From: Raillietiella orientalis
Taxonomy: Eukaryota
NCBI GenBank assembly: GCA_036172245.1
Contig: JAYWIR010000001.1
Span: 1,054,001-1,118,000 of the forward strand
DNA: 64,000 nucleotides
Reading direction: 5' to 3'
The notes beneath the pieces were generated by a model. It was not told the origin of the DNA, did not search any database, and worked only from the letters and a program-made list of their open reading frames with translations. Numbering within the stretch: the stretch's first letter is position 1; each line of letters opens with the position of its first letter. Shown here piece by piece: positions 37,490 through 50,560 of this stretch. Made by a program: the position numbers and the translations under genes.

Positions 37490-37726
37490 AAGCAAATGCA
37501 TTTTTTTTCCGTGATCTCTGATCAACAAGATAATCAACAACTCATTAATTTGATCCATAAAACGTACGTCAATTAGTCTCAATAAATATATGTTCCAATA
37601 ATATTACTGCTAATCATGTGACGAATAAATATGTACGTTAAAATAATAAATCTGTATACTGATCGATGTCGAATGAACACGGGTGTTTTATTTTCTATGA
37701 TCATTCGGGATTTTGAACGGGATCCC
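37490..37726. mobile_element. One arm of the AT-rich foldback MITE family
   Basis: Collinear with 52540-52737; ends TGATCATTCGGGATTTTGAACGGGATCCC. Confidence 0.75.
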
Positions 37727-37869
37727 TTGTCGTCGTGTTGCTACACCACTATTACCTCGTGAAAGGAATAGGATTAGGCCGTGTTGCCAGGTGTGTCACT
37801 GTGTAGCTTGAGTGGTTACTGTGCTCCCAGCCTCCCTCATCTGCACACTTTTGGCTGTAGTCCCTGATC

Positions 37870-39250
37870 AGTCAGGCTGACCCGGAACGGCAGCCTCTCC
37901 CGACGCACCAATAGAACCGGGAATTCCAGATCCTTGAACTTCGGGTCCGACGCGACCCGAGAAAGTCACAGCAGCGTCCGACGAGGAAGTTTCGTCTTTT
38001 TGTTTTCTCAGAGGATGGGAGGACGCGCAACGCCGCGTGCCAGCGGCGGCATTTCAGCTCCCGACGTGCCTTGCGTGACCGTACGAGATAAAAGGGAAAG
38101 AAAACGCATGCAGGAAAACCGCAGCACGATTTTCAGTGCCCCGGGAAACGTACTCCTGACCAGCAGCAAGAGAACCCCGTCAAACGAGAAACCCACCCGC
38201 ATGCTCCCCACCTACTTGCCAGTGGATATGCATGGGAATTTCAGAAAAAATGGGAAGATGGATTTTTGGAATTTCCGCAACCGATCTGGAATCCTCGCAA
38301 GTGGAAGCCTATAGATGCTTTACGGGTTCCAAAAATTAAAGGGGAAGCGTCGAGTCGCTATCCAAAGTTCCTGGAGATATCTCGGGACGATAGATTCTTC
38401 GAAGAGGAAGACCCACCCTGTGGATTTCCACCCCTTGTTGAAAGCGATGACGCCCGGGGTCAGACTGATATCGGCGATGCCATTGCACAGCCGAAGGCTC
38501 CGATGGGATGGTCTGAATAGGCGCAGTGGATGTCGACATCGAATATTTGCCAATCATCTAAGGGAGGTGGGTGTGGTCGATTGACTTGCATCCCTCGCTG
38601 GAAAGAAGGAAAGGCCCATTTGCCAGCACATAGCTCACCAGAAAGGGGGCTGCTTTTCCAGAAAGAGCAGTCAGGAGGGGGGGGAAGGGGGAAGAACACG
38701 AGTTTCTTTTGGCAACATTGTAAGGCGAATTTCGGTGATCAAACAAATGAAAAAACAGAAAACCGATGCAGTAGGGATGAGACGTTCTCTGCCGTCCTTT
38801 GATTTGCCTGTCGTTAGCCTTCATCGGGTAACCATGATCTCGCGTGACTCCTTGGAAAGGTCCTCTTCACTTCCTTCTCCCCCTACTCGTCCTTCTTTTC
38901 CGCTCTTCCCTTCCTTCTCCTTTTCTCCCTTCCTTCTCCCTCTCCTCTTCTTCCTCCTCTTCCACCTCCTCATCCTTTCCTTCTCCCCTTCCTCGTCCTT
39001 CTTTTCCTCTCTTCCCTTCCCCCTCCTCCGCCTCACAAAAAAAGTAAAAACACCGATGCAGTAGGGACGGGGCGTTCTCTCCCGTCCTTTAATTTGCCTG
39101 CTGTTCGCTTCCACCGGACAATCACCATCTTGCGTGACCTCTTGGAGAAGCCCTAGAAGGCGACAACGTCCAAGAGCTTGAGGACCTCGAAGTCCACAGA
39201 AGAGCGCTTCTCGATTTGAGACCTCGAAAGTGCCATCGTGAAACCCATTT
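37870..39250 (-). mobile_element. LINE endonuclease relic with an internal duplication and a CT-rich tract
   Basis: KSIDHTHL and YSDHPI motifs; ~100-bp direct repeat at 38760-38860 and 39047-39150. Confidence 0.6.
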
Positions 39251-39264
39251 CACCCTCCCGCGAT

Positions 39265-39960
39265 GACGTCCTCTCTGTGGCTGAGCACTCCGCCCGTGTC
39301 GGGTTCGAACCCGTGCGGGGAAGGGTCAACGCCGACAAATGGAGGGTGCGTCGTTGTGGGTATCGAGTTTCCTCCGCAGGATGACGCTGATGTGGCACTG
39401 GTGGGATCCGGAAACCGATGCCACTGTTGACTGGCTGGGATTGGAAGTCGAACCCTCCGGGGTTCCTTTTAGGACATCAAGGACTCGGTTGCCTTTGTGG
39501 CTCCCCTCCGGTTGTGAGGAGGAGGGACACCATGCAGCTGGTTCATGTCTCCTCAGGGGTGCTCCTCCGGAGTGTTGAGAAGCGCGCTGCTCCCTTCGGG
39601 CAGCGCCCTCCAGAGAAAATGGGGAAGCGTTCCCAAGGAGCGGTTCCCTTGCGGGTTCTTCTCCGGAGAAGAAACGTGGAAGGATTTTCCCTCCGGGGTT
39701 CCCTCCGGAGATGACCAGAGCGAGCGTTCCCTTCGGGATACCTCTCCCATTCGTAGGAGGAACAGCTGCACTTCCTCCGGAGCCTTTCTGGATTCCATAG
39801 GGTGGTCCCTTCGAGGTGCCCGGGTACCCCCTATGACCTGGGGAACGGCATGATCCCTTAGATGACGTGGACGGTGCTTCAGGAGCTCCGTGAGTCTCCC
39901 CCGAGGAGGCGGACAGCTCTTCAGTGCTCTTTGAAGGCCAAAAAGCTGGAAGGAAAGCAG
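39265..39960 (+). repeat. tRNA-headed module, copy 6
   Basis: Head TCCTCTCTGTGGCTGAGCACTCCGCC..GGGTTCGAACCCGTGCGGGGAAG resembles a tRNA(Asp/Glu)-type outline; collinear body. Confidence 0.9.
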
Positions 39961-39964
39961 CGCG

Positions 39965-40950
39965 AGAGACGCGCCATCTCTGGCAGAAGACGAAAGCAGG
40001 GACTCCCGTCTCCACCCCGACGATGAGGGAAGGAGGGAGGGGGACGCACGCACAAGCTCTTTGGCCGACCCGGCGTTGGTAGCTGCCCAACGCGTGCCGT
40101 TCGGCAAGTCCGCCGGGTGACCACAGCAGGGTGTAACCGCGAATCAGTGGCGGCAGCCCTCCCGCCCTTCGCGCGGGCGTCTTCGCTCGGATCCTTTGGG
40201 ACCCCCTCCTCCCCACGACGGAAGCCACAGGCGGTCCCAAGTAGTCGTTCCGGTGCCTGCCGTCAGCGCCCGTAGTTGCTGAGGTCCCCTACAGAGTGAC
40301 AAGGTGGCGCGCGGATCTCGTGGGAGGATCACCCTGGGTTGGAACGGCGTGTCGCCGACCGCGTTCCCGGAGCCATTTCCAGGGAGAGAGGGAGGTAGCT
40401 TGCGCGGGATGAGGGACAGAAGGTGGAATCTGCCAAGGCTCGGACCCTCCTGCGGACGCTCCTGCTCGTCCTTTCCTCTCCGGGGCATCCGCTGGGGTGG
40501 TGCAGATGCCAGGAACCCGGCAGGAGCGAAGCGGGCGTCGGGAGAAGAACAGGAGGAACGGTGAGGACTTCTCCTGCACACGTGGCGCCTGGCTTTCTTC
40601 CTCTCCTCCCCGTCCCTCCCTACCTCGCAATGCCGTGTCACCCTCTCCCCTCTCCTTCCCCTTCCCAAGGATATTCTCAAACAAGCACTCACCATCGCGA
40701 GGACGGAGGTCAGCACGACCGCGCCTGGTCCAGCCATGAGGGTCGCTGCCAACATCCGACGAACTGGTGCGGAAGACGGGAGCAGCAGAGGGGAACGGCC
40801 AGCCGCGACGATCGTGTGGCTCGTGATGAGATCTTTGCACTCTGCTCGTGATGAGGCGTCTCTGTGGCTGCGTGGAGCCGCCCTCTCGCGGATACGAGGA
40901 AGGGGGTACGCGGACCAGGGAAGTACAGACGCATCAGGAGCATATCCGGA
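39965..40950 (+). mobile_element. LINE RT relic
   Basis: KSAG*..GVTANQW (domain 0), LL/EVPYRV (domain 2), AKA, YLAM in order; heavily frameshifted. Confidence 0.55.
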
Positions 40951-41509
40951 GAAGACGTGACGTCAAGGGAGAGAGAGGGAAAGCACAAAAAAAAAAAGAG
41001 GGAGAGAGAGAGAAAGAGAGGCGGAGAAAGACAAAGAGGGAGCAGGGAAGCTGGAAGCGCATGGCTAATGGAGATAAATCACGCCTGGAGCGATTAGGGG
41101 ATGGTAGACCGGTCCTCGTCGACCACTTCCTGCTAGTGTCCCCAGTCCTCGGATCCCATCCCGCTTATAGGATCAACAGATGACGCAGGGAGTGAATGGG
41201 GGAAGAAAAAAATAGAGATGGGAGAAGGAAGAAGGGATAGGGGGAAGGAAACGAATCCATCACTTCGGAAGAGGGTGCGGCTGCATCTCACAGGAACGGA
41301 CACACCTATGTGCCCAGGGAAGCACGGCCTCTGCAGGTACCACCCCCTTCGGAGGAGGGGTGAGGCACCTATTCTGTCCCTAGAGCGCCCAGAAACCAGT
41401 TCTGCCTCTTCCTTGCTCACGCCCCCGCGCGCAGTTTGCCTAAGGCGGTCTTTCCCCCGTAGGTCACGGTGGGCGGCGAGCGAATGCTTCAAGTCACACG
41501 GCTTACGTT

Positions 41510-42250
41510 GGCGTCCTCACTGTGGCTGCGGCCTCCGCCGGCATGGCACCGGGCGTTGCAGGTTCGAATCCCTCCCGGGAAAAGGTCGACGCCGAAAAAT
41601 GAAGGGGTTGCATCGCGGGTTTCGAGTCCCCTCCACCTTGCAAGATGGCGCTGGTTGACCTCGGTTGGCTTTGGGAGCCGCTGACTGGCCAGAATTGGGA
41701 GCTGACCCTCTGGGGTCCTTCTGGGAATCAAGGAGACCTTTGGGGTTCCCCTCCGGTTGTGAGAACGGAGCTGGTTGATGCTTCCCTCCGGGGCTCGCCT
41801 CTCTGGAGTGTCAGGAGCGTGCTGCTTCCTTCTGGGTTCTCTTTAGAGGCGGAAACAGGAAGCGGTACCCTTGCGGATTCCTTCCGGAGGAAAAATTCCA
41901 GGAGAGGATCCTTTCCGGGTTTCCTTCGGAAAAGAAACGAGGAGTGGCCCCCTCCAGGGAGTTATATCGGTCCTTCCAGGGAGAAGGAGGAGGTTTCCTT
42001 CGGAGACGACCAGGACAGAGGGTTTCCTTCGAGGTTATCCCTTCCAAGCGTCAGAGGAACGGACTGCCCTTCCTCCGGAGCCTTCTTGGATTTCATGAGG
42101 CGGTCCCTACAGAATGGCTCCCCCTAACATGAGGAGTGGCACGCATCTTCGGGTGGCGTGGACGGTGCTGAAGAGCTTCGCGAGCGCCCCCTGAGGAGGC
42201 GAACGGCTCTTCAGCATTTCCTGGGAACCAAAAAAAAAGGATGAAAGGAG
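41510..42250 (+). repeat. tRNA-headed module, copy 7
   Basis: GGTTCGAATCCC at 41561-41572, GGGTTTCGAGTCCC about 41617; collinear body, A-rich end. Confidence 0.9.
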
Positions 42251-42254
42251 AGAG

Positions 42255-43670
42255 AGGGCGCCATGAAGCCATCGACACTTCCGACCTAAAGGGTACAGAG
42301 ATGTGATCCCCCCTTGAGGAGGAGAACCCAATGCTCTCCTTGGTGAATCGGCAACGGGGCATGCCGGTGTCTTCAGGCTGAATACGCCGATGACAGGTGG
42401 TCCCCGGGAACAAGGCGCATCCTGGCGCCGCGAAGGTCGCCTCCTCTCTCCCCGGAAGGGGAGAGGCAGAAGAAAGTGGACGAGAGTACTCCGGACTGAA
42501 CAGAGCATCGGTCGGTGTCCAGCCAAAGCTATCCTCTGTGGACTCCGGGTCGATAGGATCACTCTTGCAGGGACTCTTCCTTCCTCCGCGTCGGACCCCC
42601 AGGAGCGGTTTGCTGCCTTCACAGGGATGTGCGCCGGCTACTCGGTTCCAGGAGAGCTCGCGCCCTGCAATTCTTTTCCCCTCTCTCACACAGCGGGAAG
42701 AGCGCAGGGGTGCAGGGATGACTCCGTCTCCCAGAGGGCCGGGCAGTCGCAGCTCGGCAGCGCCACTTCTCGCTCCAATCAGTAGACACGGCGAGGTGGC
42801 GAACAGCTCAGGAACTCGGGTTCTGCGCCAGTGTTTCGGAAAAATTGTCTTGCCGGGATGAACGAGACGGACTCTCACGGAACCAACAGGAGGAGACGGG
42901 CGCCCGGGACAAAATAGGGCTTCCTTGGTAAGGAGGGTCCAAAAGAAGACGCCCCCAAGCTAGACCACGCCCTCAAGAGGATTCTGGCTTGCACAAACCG
43001 ACAGCGAGATACTCTCGTGGGGCGGGTGGCGGTCCGTTCCTCGCTTCCCCACGGCCCCCATGGTAGCGGACAGCTTTCTGCCGTCCCTCGCGGAAGCTGA
43101 CCTGGGATCTTCGAGGAGGACGGACAGCGAAATGGTTCTGGAAGGCCCGCGGACGAGAGGGCCGTCGGTGCGGCTCGCCGAAGATCCGCAGATCGGAAGC
43201 GTTGGAAAGCCGAAGAGAACTGGCGCGTCTCCTCGGCGCGCTCTCGGCAACGGCTCGTCCCGTGAGCCACCGCGCCGGAAAAAGAGCGAAAAACTTTGTC
43301 GTTCGTCTCTTTCCTGTGTCCCCTGCCGACTTTCTATGAGGGGAGAGGGGATCCCGCCGGGGAAACGCGACTTCTCACGAGGCCGCTCAGGGACAGTGCC
43401 CACCGCGATGCGACCGACGAGGGCAGAGGCGCACGGAAGACTAAAGGTTGGAGGACCATTCTAGATGGACGACAGATCAGGTCGGATCTGGAGTCCCCTG
43501 GACCTTTCTAGTTGTAGCGCGCCCGCAAGCGAGAGGAGCCGCACGCGCTTCTCTCCAGAGCCTGGATGGGAGGGAGGACCCGATTGCCGTCGAAGTCATC
43601 GTCTGTCTTGCAAAAGAAGGAAGGAAACAGGACCAGATGGGCTAGCTGGAAGGCCGATGCTGAAAAACCG
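42255..43670 (+). mobile_element. LINE ORF2 relic (RT domain 4 to C-terminus)
   Basis: EYADD at about 42380-42394, YSGL, IPPGKRDF..GTVPT near 43350. Confidence 0.65.
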
Positions 43671-43709
43671 TCTCTGAGACGACCTTGAAATTCTCGTCCT
43701 CGACATTTA

Positions 43710-44060
43710 CAGTGATGTCTCAGTACTCGTCCAACTCACTACTCGCCGCATTTTGATGAGAAAAAAAATGCTTCGACTCTCGGCTCATGCTCGGAACTCT
43801 CGACACTCTCATGATGGAACAAGCAAACTCTAATGCAGTCTACGTCTCGTGGTAGCTCGCGATCAGTGCCTAACAGTTCCATAGAGGGCCTCCCGGATCG
43901 TTCCTCTTCTTTTGTGCTCTCTGTTCATTTTAAGCGTTAATCATGGGTTCTATAATGGTTAGAAATGATACCACGCAGCCTAGAAAAGGACTCGTTCGTC
44001 GGTTTCAGCAGTCGTCATGGGTTCTGGAAAGAATTACCGACGAATACCGAGGCACCACTC
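43710..44060. mobile_element. Tigger/pogo-type MITE, copy B
   Basis: TA|CAGTGATGTCTCAGTACTCG ... CGAATACCGAGGCACCACTC; interior collinear with 4352-4719. Confidence 0.85.
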
Positions 44061-44064
44061 TTTT

Positions 44065-45560
44065 TCTGCTCCCAACGCTTGCTCGCATGTCTACTGCTGG
44101 GGAATAGGGCCTTCCCGAGAAGCACAAGAAGTGCAGCAGCCAGTCTTGCAGAAATGCTTAAGAGGAAAAGACGAGCAGGGAGCGAAGACCGGTTCGCAGC
44201 TGACCGCCTCCATTCACCTTGGAAGCAAGGAAAGAAAGGACAACCAAAAAGAAACGTGGAAACTTCTCCTTTCCGGGAACGAGAATGAAAAGAGATATCG
44301 AAGACTTTGCTTCTGAAATTCTCTAAAGCTCGAAGACCCTACCCCAGACGCGTGCCGAGAGAATCGCGCCGGAGCAACTTTCCTTTCCGGAAGGGTACAC
44401 AAAGACGAAAAACACTCTCAACATGTTCTCTTACTTCTCCGCTTCCAGGAGACCACGGATTCCTCATCTTCGCTTCCTTCGAAACAGCAGCCCCTTCTTC
44501 GGAAGTGGCTTCCCACCACCATACCACGAGTCCCCCTCCACGGACAGATGGCTTCCAGTTCCGCAGGAAGAGGTTTTTGATGTTTTTGGTGTACTCGCAA
44601 AGGCGATAACGGAATTCGCAAAAAGATGTACCCAGTGTTCAGTAAACTCCAAAGAAAAGGGCACCTTCGGTGGAAAATCGTCGAGTGTATCCTTAGCAAC
44701 TGATGTGCCCGGCAACGTCGCTGTGGGCACTAGCACATGCAATCCTTTTGTTTTTGTCTTTCCGCGCTTTTCTACTAGGCAAGGATCTGTCTGTCTGGTA
44801 GTGCGATGAACAGGAATGGAAGTCCACGAAATTGGTGAGCGAGTTGAGGGGGAAGTCTGCTAACGAGTGCTCTATCCCTGCTTTCTAGTTGCTGCAAAAC
44901 TCACTTATTGATCTGCTTGCTGGATCTTCCGCAGGATGCTGGTCATAATCCAAACCGGCACCCTGCCGCGGTTTTGCTTCGCCTGCCCATTTCCCTTCTG
45001 AAAAGACCCATCAAAATCTCCTTAACATTGGTCCGCGCACCCCTTCGAAGGTTGGTCCCTTCCGATGAGGGTGCTTTTGACAAAGTAGGCCAAAATGAAC
45101 CTCAAGGTGGGGGGTTGTACGCGGGGGCAACTGCTCGTCCTTGGAAGAGTCCTCGAAGGATCTCGATTCCGAACCGATGTCCACGGTTCGGTACTTTAAG
45201 TACGTCGGTGTGCCGCTGGGGGAATTTTTTCCACGGAGGAGGCGTGGTCCAACCGTCTCTGGAAGGCAGAGTCGGTTCTCGGTTCGTTCCAGGAAGGCAA
45301 GTTCTTCTTACCGCAAGACTGGCCATGGTCTGTGGCCCCCATCCTCCGACCCCTGTTTCTTGTCTGCTCCCCCTGCCCAGCAGTGGCAAGAAGCGGACCG
45401 AGGGTCTCCTGCGGAAAGCCCTTGAGGCCACCTGGAGGTCTCGGGTCCATTCGAAGGACGTGCGCGCTACGTGGTCATAGGAACGGGGTCTTGACCTCCT
45501 GAGACTCTGGAGAGGATGGAGCGCCAGCTCAACTTGAGAAGGCTGGCCCTATATTGGACC
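44065..45560 (+). mobile_element. LINE RT relic
   Basis: SPPPRTDGF (domain 0), FKYVGVPLG (domain 7, ~45195), RGLDL. Confidence 0.7.
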
Positions 45561-45569
45561 ACCCGTTGG

Positions 45570-47250
45570 CGCATCCCTGCGCGGCTCCTGGCCAAGCAAG
45601 GAGTCAACGCAGGGAGGAATCTTTGGTGTTCACTGACGACCGCCAAAGAGTGCCAGCTTCAGCAGGTGGTTGCCTTGGTGTAGGAGGACCACGGCTGGTT
45701 CATCCTGCTCTCCCGCGAACTGAGAAGTGCCTGGAAACAGGGAACAGTTCGGACGCGAGCCAAGGCAAGCGGCACAAGCTTCGCTCTGCAGGAGACTGTG
45801 GAATGACCCAGGAACATCTCGAGGGAACAAAGTGCACCACTTGCTGCAGCATCGTTCTCCCTCCGGGGCAGCGACGACCCGGTAGGTGCCTTGTATAATC
45901 TCAGGCCGGAAAAAAACTGCGCTGTTGGTCCTCCCGTCTTGCTATAGGGCCCTGCAGGTGCATAAGCGAAGGTCATCCTTTATGTTCCATCTGCATGCGG
46001 GGCGATCTCCGTCCAGCATTGGAGTCTGCTGCTCCACAGGATTCCTCCGTAATAAGCCATCAGTCCTGGGCCTCTGGCGGCAGTGAGGAACTGCAGAAGA
46101 CAGAAGTTCAAGGCCGCTCGCCCGAATCTCTCCAACGCCATTTCCAAGGCTTCTTCTACTAGATGTGGCCCTCCAGTCCACTGCGAGCTCTGGCCCTGAT
46201 GGAGTTCGCAGGGCTCGTACGTCGTCCGCCCTTGCAGCGAGCGCTTGTGGAGAAGAACTCGCGTAACTCGTGGGGGTCGCCACAAGCCACAAAGTTTTCG
46301 CGGTCCCCAAATGTTGACCTTTTCCTCCCCTGGACCCGTTTCCTCGCGAAGCGGACCTCTGCTGCCTGCCTTCTTGCGTGCATCGCACGGCAACTAAGCT
46401 AGAGGAAACTTTCTTTGTACGCTCGGTAGGTGTTTCGGGCACAAATCCACCCCTGGCCAAGTGACCGAACCGACACTCTCTCGAAGCCATTTCCGGAAGG
46501 CATTGAAGGAACTTCCTATTTTTTCCGCCCTTAGCAACGAATCTGAGTGTTAGATACAAGCATGAATTATAGGAGGGGTGAGGAAGCACAAGGTGTGACG
46601 GATAGGTGTCGTAGATGGATGAACCACGAACCATCGGACGGAAGAGGCCACTGTAGGGGAAATGATAGCTCTAGAATGACTGTGACAAGGGTGATGCCTG
46701 AAGAAAGGGTACAGCCAACCAGTCCAACTGCTCGAAAGGGTGAGCAGGGAGTCGCAGACAGCACCCCGTTTTCGCAACTGCTTTCGGCTGTCATAGTTTG
46801 CCTCTTAACAGCTCGGGGATGAGCACCAGGAAGGGTAGGAAGGATGGAGCTCTTGTAACATCGCTTCTCATGAGCTGAAACCCATTCGGTGAAGAAAACT
46901 TGCTGGCCAGAGTCTCCGGACGTGGCTGAGGGGACTGAAATAAGGGTAAGAGTGGACTTCTCTTGAGACCAGGTCTCGAGTCTTCCATCTGCCCCCCCCC
47001 CTCCTCCTGAATCTGAGAGACTCGGGTTCTGCTCATCTCAGAACCGCTCCCAAGGCGAAGCTGAGGCGAAGCATGCAGGCTCCCCTTAGCCGCAACTTTC
47101 ACTCCCGCGGTCTCGATGAGAGGGAAGGCGCTTCTATTCCGCTCTCTAGTGAATTCCCGTGAGATCCCGGATGTCACGCGTGTGTCATAATCGGAGGGAA
47201 AGGAGGGCGGAAGGGGAGTTCCTCCGCATGCTGCGCATGAAAGGGGGAAC
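45570..47250 (-). mobile_element. LINE RT relic
   Basis: PLIETAGVKVAAK (domain 2), NGVL/DSL (domain 4), TYPSHLVL (domain 5), GGPHL, VLLHQG. Confidence 0.55.
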
Positions 47251-47989
47251 GGCGCCTCACCATGGAAAGCGGAAATCCCCGTGGACAAACGTGGGAAATC
47301 ACAATGAAGAGATGTGATGCGAAGGATTCTCCCTCCTCCTTTACGCACAGATGAACAGGCAGAGACGTGCAAGCGAGTTCCAGATTCCTGGTTGCCAGTG
47401 GCCGAAATGACCACAGCAAAAGCTGCAGAGTGCACTCCCGTTTCGAGGGCACTCGCTTCCCGGTTCCCGTCGAGAAAGCGGTTGCTTTAGCGCCACCTCA
47501 TTCGATGGCGCAGAGCCTTCTGAGCGGGAATGTGTCCCAGTGTGGAGCGAACAATCGGATGCAGCATCTGCAGCTCCCTGAATCCGAAAGGAAGAGAAAC
47601 AGTTTCGTCCCGACTCATGAAAAGGCGCTGCTGGCAACAGAAGTCGGCAGCAAGTTGCGCTGAGCATGCCCTCCCTACGACGAACGACGAAGGGTTGGGG
47701 CGAGCATCAGCAGCACAGGAGGTGCTGCTGCCAAGTGACTTCTTGTGCGCTACGGTAGCGATCCACAAACCCCTGAGAGCAGCACCACGGAGGAAAGCGG
47801 TGTGCTGACCCAGGGATGCACTCCAGAACTCCGCACAGAAGGAACATCCGCCTGTTCTGGCTGCTCCGTTTCTGGAAATGGTCAAGTGTTCGTCAGAACG
47901 AACACAGGAATGTTGAAAAAAAGAAAGCATACGCAGGATTCTGGGTGCACGGGAAGGATGCCCAGCCGTTCCCTCGGACCACTCTTTAG

Positions 47990-49480
47990 CCACATCATTT
48001 GCAAACTGTGATCAGGGTACCTCAGTGCTGAGGATGCCAAAATCTTTCCCTGTGATACGGAAAAGTTGAGCAGCCGCTCCTAACACAAACAGAGTAAGTG
48101 AAGAAAGAAGATGGCAGATTGACACCTCAAGTGTTGGAAGACCTTCAACAGCAAACAAGAGTTCACGGAAGTTGAGAAGGATTCCTCCCTTCCCCGTCAC
48201 GAAGCATTCGGGGCTGTTCGGTCAACGTCACTCGTTTTCGCATCCTCTGCGGCATGCGGCGAGAGTGAGCTCTCACTCAGTGGACCGCGCAGATAACCTC
48301 TACGGTTCAACTCTTTCGTTTCTCCTCACCCTCTTTCCGAAATGTTCGTCCTGTTCGACCGCGATGAGATCTCGTCTTGTCCCTCGTCCGTTCTTCACTT
48401 GTCGCCAGCAGAGTCCCGGCGAACGTGCGTGAGTGCTCTTTCTCGGGGGTGAATGCTCCTCGAGCATGCAGATCCCGAATTTTCCACTATTGGCATGGGG
48501 AGGAACTTCTGATGGTGCGAACAAGAAGCAAGAAGTTCGAGGAGGACAGCAGCAACGGATGCAGCCAGAAACCCCGAGTTTACCATCGGTCACGCTCACT
48601 GCAGGAGTTCCAAAAGCTACTGAGAAAGATACGAGAAGGAAAGTGAGATTGAAGCGCAGTTTGGGGTGCCGGTGGATCCTGGGATCCCTGGAGCCAAATC
48701 TCCCTAGTGCTTCCTGTCTTGAACAAGGTCGGGTCAGTCGGAGGCAGCTCTAGGAAACGCAGACCGCATTCGAATTCGCCCCCACCACCTTCTTAGACCG
48801 GAATGTCGGGAGGTTCCGAGTCAGGGCTTGAGTTCCATCTCCTCGGACCTGTTCCAGGAGGCACCCGACCCGTGTACGTCCTCCGCAGCTTCCGGCGTTC
48901 CGAGCCGGGGGTCGTGCTTTCCCTTTCATTCCTAGGACGCCTTTCCCGATTTGCACGAGACTCATCCTCCGAGATGCCGTCGAGGTTGCTTTTGCTCTGA
49001 TTGTCTCCATGCATCTCGAGAGATACTCCCCGGGCTGCATCCCGAGCGGAAGAGCGAAACTCGTAGGACCTTCGCAAACACCCTGCGCAGAGGGACGGTG
49101 CGGAAAAATCCTGTGAGTGGGAAGAAGTGGAAAGCAATTTACAAGAGAGCGTCTGGGACCCGTGAGCGGAATGAGCAAAGCACAAAACCAGAGGAGGCTG
49201 GAAACGCAGCAGAAATGGGCTGTTCGGGCTCCATGCAGACAAGTGAGGTGTGGATGCACCTCGCCGGCATTTCCATGCCAGAACCCACCATCTCAGAAGA
49301 ACTTCAAGGAATGCAATGAAGAAAATATATTTCCTAAATGTGTACTCTATAGTACACTCTCCAACATTTCGTGGCGTGATGTACGACCATTTCCATCTAG
49401 GTCACTCGTGCTAATCGCTAAGTGGAACTTTTGTTCCGAGTTCCCACGAGAGACTGCCGAAGAAGCACGCAATAATTCTT
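47990..49480 (-). mobile_element. LINE RT relic carrying the left inverted arm
   Basis: HPRKS-like and GKGGIL motifs; shares the inverted tract with 50228-50560. Confidence 0.5.
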
Positions 49481-50560
49481 GAAAATCAGCCAACTCAGTG
49501 GTGCCAGCATCATTTGCGCCAAAGACACGGAATGCATGCTCACCAAACTTGGATGCATCTCTCTATAAGGGAAGAAGTCCCCATGCATTTTTCAAGTGAC
49601 CAGTTTCAAGGAACCCTCATGCCATTCCTGCGACTCAGCTTCTGTAAACTTGTTTGCTATCGAAAATCTCTTGAGGTTTGAGGCTTCATCTCGTCACCCT
49701 CTTCCCCTCGTCTTTTGCTATCCTTTCCTTTGTTTGTGTCAAGAGCGGCTGCTCAACTTTTTGGTATTACAGAGAAAGATATTGTCATTCTCAACATTGA
49801 GGTACCCTGACCACAGCATGATGTCCACACACGATGGAGAGACCACATTTCGTTTAGGGCACCGCAGTCTATCAAGCCTGGAACACTTTGGGGCCGCAGC
49901 TTCCCGGGGACGAGGTGCCCACGCTCACCCACAGTCGGAGTTGCAATGGGAACTCTGTGACCACCTGCAGATGCAGGGAAATGCTTCGCGTGCATTCTGT
50001 TGCCAAGCAAAACAGATGGGTGACTCACGGAAAAAAGCAAGGGCAACTTTCTCAGGAAGTTGTCCCTTCTGGAGTCATTGAAAAGACATACAGATGCCCG
50101 CTGTCGAGGAAGAACTCGCCGAGAAGACGAGAAAAGGATGAAAGCACCTCGCCCTATATATAATCGTCTATGCAGATGGATAGAAGGTCGGGACTGTGTA
50201 CGGTGTCTCGGTAAGAATACGACCTTTCCAACAGTGGAAAATTCGGGATCTGCATGCTCGAGGAGCATTTGCACCCGAGAAAGAGCACTCACGCACGTTC
50301 GCCGGGACTCTGCTGGCGACAAGTGAAGAACGGACGAGGGACAAGACGAGATCTCATCGCGGTCGAACAGGACGAACATTTCGGAAAGAGGGTGAGGAGA
50401 AACGAAAGAGTTGAACCGTAGAGGTTATCTGCGCGGTCCACTGAGTGAGAGCTCACTCTCGCCGCATGCCGCAGAGGATGCGAAAACGAGTGACGTTGAC
50501 CGAACTCCAGGGTCACTCGGGAACAGCCTTGAATGCTCCGTGACGGGAAGGGAGGAATCC
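48179..50560. repeat. Inverted repeat pair with a perfect 232-bp core
   Basis: 48216-48447 is the exact reverse complement of 50274-50505 (checked block by block); imperfect extension to 48179-48493 / 50228-50560. Confidence 0.97.
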
